Assembly: GCF_018977255.1 (NCBI RefSeq)
Contig: NW_024704747.1
Location: 7,068,001 to 7,132,000, forward strand
Origin: Callorhinchus milii
Lineage: Eukaryota
DNA: 64,000 nucleotides
Reading direction: 5' to 3'
Below are positions 61,494 to 64,000 of this stretch, piece by piece. How positions within the stretch are numbered: the first letter of the stretch is position 1; every line of letters starts with the position of its first letter. The position numbers and the translations under genes are program-made. Under the pieces are notes generated by a model. It did not search any database. It was not told the origin of the DNA and saw nothing but the letters and a program-made list of their open reading frames with translations.

Positions 61494-64000
61494 TTCCCCA
61501 AAATGCTCCCACCCCTGTCCTTTACCCTCCACTACTCCCACTTGGTTACACCACCCGGCTACACCTTCCATCATAACCCTCGACCTAACCGCCGTGGTGG
61601 CGGTGTGGCTCTCATCTCCCAGTCCCCGCTCGGTCTATCCCCTTACTCCTCCGGAACCTTTCCCTCCTTTGAGCACATTATTCTTCATCACCCCTCCAAC
61701 CTTTCCCTCAAAATTCTCCTTATCTGTCACCTGCCCAAGCCCTCCCCCACCTTCCTCCCCGACATCTCCACCCTCCTATCTTCCCTGTCCCTCTGTTCCG
61801 AACACCTCCTCATCCTAGGCAAATTCAACATTCACTTCACCCCCTCCTGCTCTACCTCTGCTGACTTCTCCTCCCTTATCTCCTCCCTCAACCTCTCCCT
61901 CCACATCTACTCTGCCAACTACGTCCGCAGTCACCCTCTCAACCTGATGATCTCTCAGGGCCTCACTGTCTCACACTTCACCATCATCAACAAAGTGATC
62001 TTGGACCATCACTTCATTCCCTTAACTCCTCAATCCCTCTCCCCACCCAACTCACCTTCATCTCCTTCCGCCCCTGGAAAAAAATCTCCCCCCACTCCCT
62101 CTCCGCTGCCTTTGAGTCATCTGAACTCCTCCCCATCTGGGCTTCCTCCCACAATGACCTATCCTCCTCAATCGTTCTTCTCCACAGCTCCTTCTTCAAC
62201 ACTCTCTATTCCCTTGCTCCCCTCAGTTCCCAATCCATCTCCAACTCACGTAAGTAACCATGGTACACCAGCCACCTCCACTTCCTTAAAGCATAGGAGT
62301 GTGCTGCTAAATGCACCCAGTTTAAATTGAACTTAACGGTCCATCGTCAGATCTGGCTGAACCTTATTCAATCTTACCTCTCTGCCCCCACCTCCATTAA
62401 ATTGTTGTTCTACTCCAAGACAATCTTAGATGTCAAGGACAACCCCAGGCTCCTCTTCTCCATCACAAACTGGCTCCTCTGCTCACCCTCTCACACCTCA
62501 CCCATCCACACCTCCAATGCCAGCTGCGAGGCGATGCTGGACTTCCTCGAAACCAAAGTCGAGGGGATCCACTCAGCTGCTTCTGTTTACTACCCACTCT
62601 CCATCTCCCCCTCACACCCCGGCCCCTACCCATCCCTCCCTCAACACCTTTGAACCTGTCTCCCATTCCTCTCTCACCACCACTATAACCCGCATGAAAT
62701 CGACCACCTGTTCCCTCGACCTCATCCTTACCCCTCTCCTTACCTCCCAGCTCCACCTCCTTGACTCACAGACATCATAAAACTCTCCCAGTCCCTGGTA
62801 CCGTTCCCACCCTTTTAAAAATGGCCAGCATCACTCCTATCCTTAAAAAAAACCCTCCCTGGATCTACTCTAAAACTACTGCCTCCATCTCCAAACTCCC
62901 TTTCCTCTTCAAGGTCCTGGAATGAGTCGTTGCTTCCCAGCTTCGCTCCTTCCTCTCCCGCCACTCCCTTTACAAACCCCTCCAATCGGGTTTTCGTGTT
63001 GCTCACAGGACAGAAACAGCCCTGGTCAAAGTGACAAATGACATTCTGTCCATCTGCGATCAGGGCTCCCTCTGCCTCCTCGTCCTCCTTGACCTCTCTG
63101 CTGCCTTCAACACCAAGGATCACGCTATCCTCATCCACCGCCTCTCCTATCATCTCAACCTTCACGGTTCTATCCTTGAATGATTCAGATCATAACTCTC
63201 ACACCACCTCCACTTCATCTCAACAAACCATTTCTCCTCTAGCCTCTACACGATCTCATGCAGCATTGCTCAGGGCTCTGTCCTTGGTCCCTTCCTCTTC
63301 AATATCTATATATTCCTTCTTGGTGACATCATCCTCAGACATGGAGTCAACTTACACATATGGGGATGACACCCAACTGTACCTCTCTGCCTCCACCCTT
63401 GACTTCAGGACCACTGCTGTACTGACGAATGAGGTTCTCCTGATTGGTTCCCATCAGCACCTCCACATCTCAGGTGTTCACAACATCACTACCCATGAAT
63501 GCACACGCCACCTTACTAAACCAGTCCGGAACCTTGGGGTCTTATTTCACCCTCAACTATCCTTTCTAACCCACATTCGTGCCATGATCCGCTCTACCTT
63601 CCCCCACCTCCGCAACATCACCCAGCTCCGCCACTGACTCACACCACCAAAGCCCTCATATATGCATTCATATCATCGAGGCTTGACTTATGCAAACCCC
63701 TTGCTTGTCAGTCTCCCCATTGCCTACCTCCATAGGCTGCAGATCATCCAGATCTCTGCAATCCGTGTCCTCTGCCGCACCGGGTTCTGTAACCCTATCA
63801 CCCCCATCGTCACCGGACTCCACTGGCTTCTCATCACACAGAGGATATAGTTCAAGATCCTGGTCCTCACCTTCAAAGCCCTCCATGGCCTTGCTCCCCC
63901 ATACCTCTGCGACTTCCTAAACCCCTCTGCTCAGCGGGCTCTGGCCTGCTTCACACCCCCCACCATTGGTGGGCAGACTTCTGCCACTCTGCACCCACCC
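61494..64000 (+). mobile_element. L2 LINE (part of APE through RT), degraded, runs off the window end
   Basis: PPGYTFHHNPRPNRRGGGVALI, LILGKFN, YGDDTQLY, HWLLITQRI. Confidence 0.92.

Overview
This is eukaryotic (vertebrate) genomic DNA. The repeat content points to a cartilaginous fish, probably a holocephalan such as elephant shark; that is an inference. The window lies entirely inside one + strand gene of the LRP1/LRP1B family, best called LRP1B. I reconstructed 17 internal coding exons (2394 nt, 798 codons). All have AG/GT boundaries and consistent phases and give one stop-free frame: five LDL-receptor class A (CR) repeats closing ligand cluster III, two EGF repeats, a YWTD beta-propeller, an EGF repeat, and the first five CR repeats of cluster IV. 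The introns contain many tRNA-Ala-derived SINEs (short and long variants), older Deu-domain SINEs, L2 LINE fragments (one nearly full length), CR1 fragments, a hAT-type MITE and a Penelope-like remnant. Most notable observations: (1) the receptor looks LRP1B-like in its first half and LRP1-like in cluster IV, and keeps a CR exon that I recall being absent from human LRP1B; (2) a minimal hammerhead ribozyme motif lies in sense orientation in an intron; (3) an L2 3' tail sits directly in front of a splice acceptor; (4) inverted young SINEs bracket a 390-nt in-frame exon block. Comparisons with human proteins and repeat consensi are from memory, not database searches. I found no convincing wholly new biological system.
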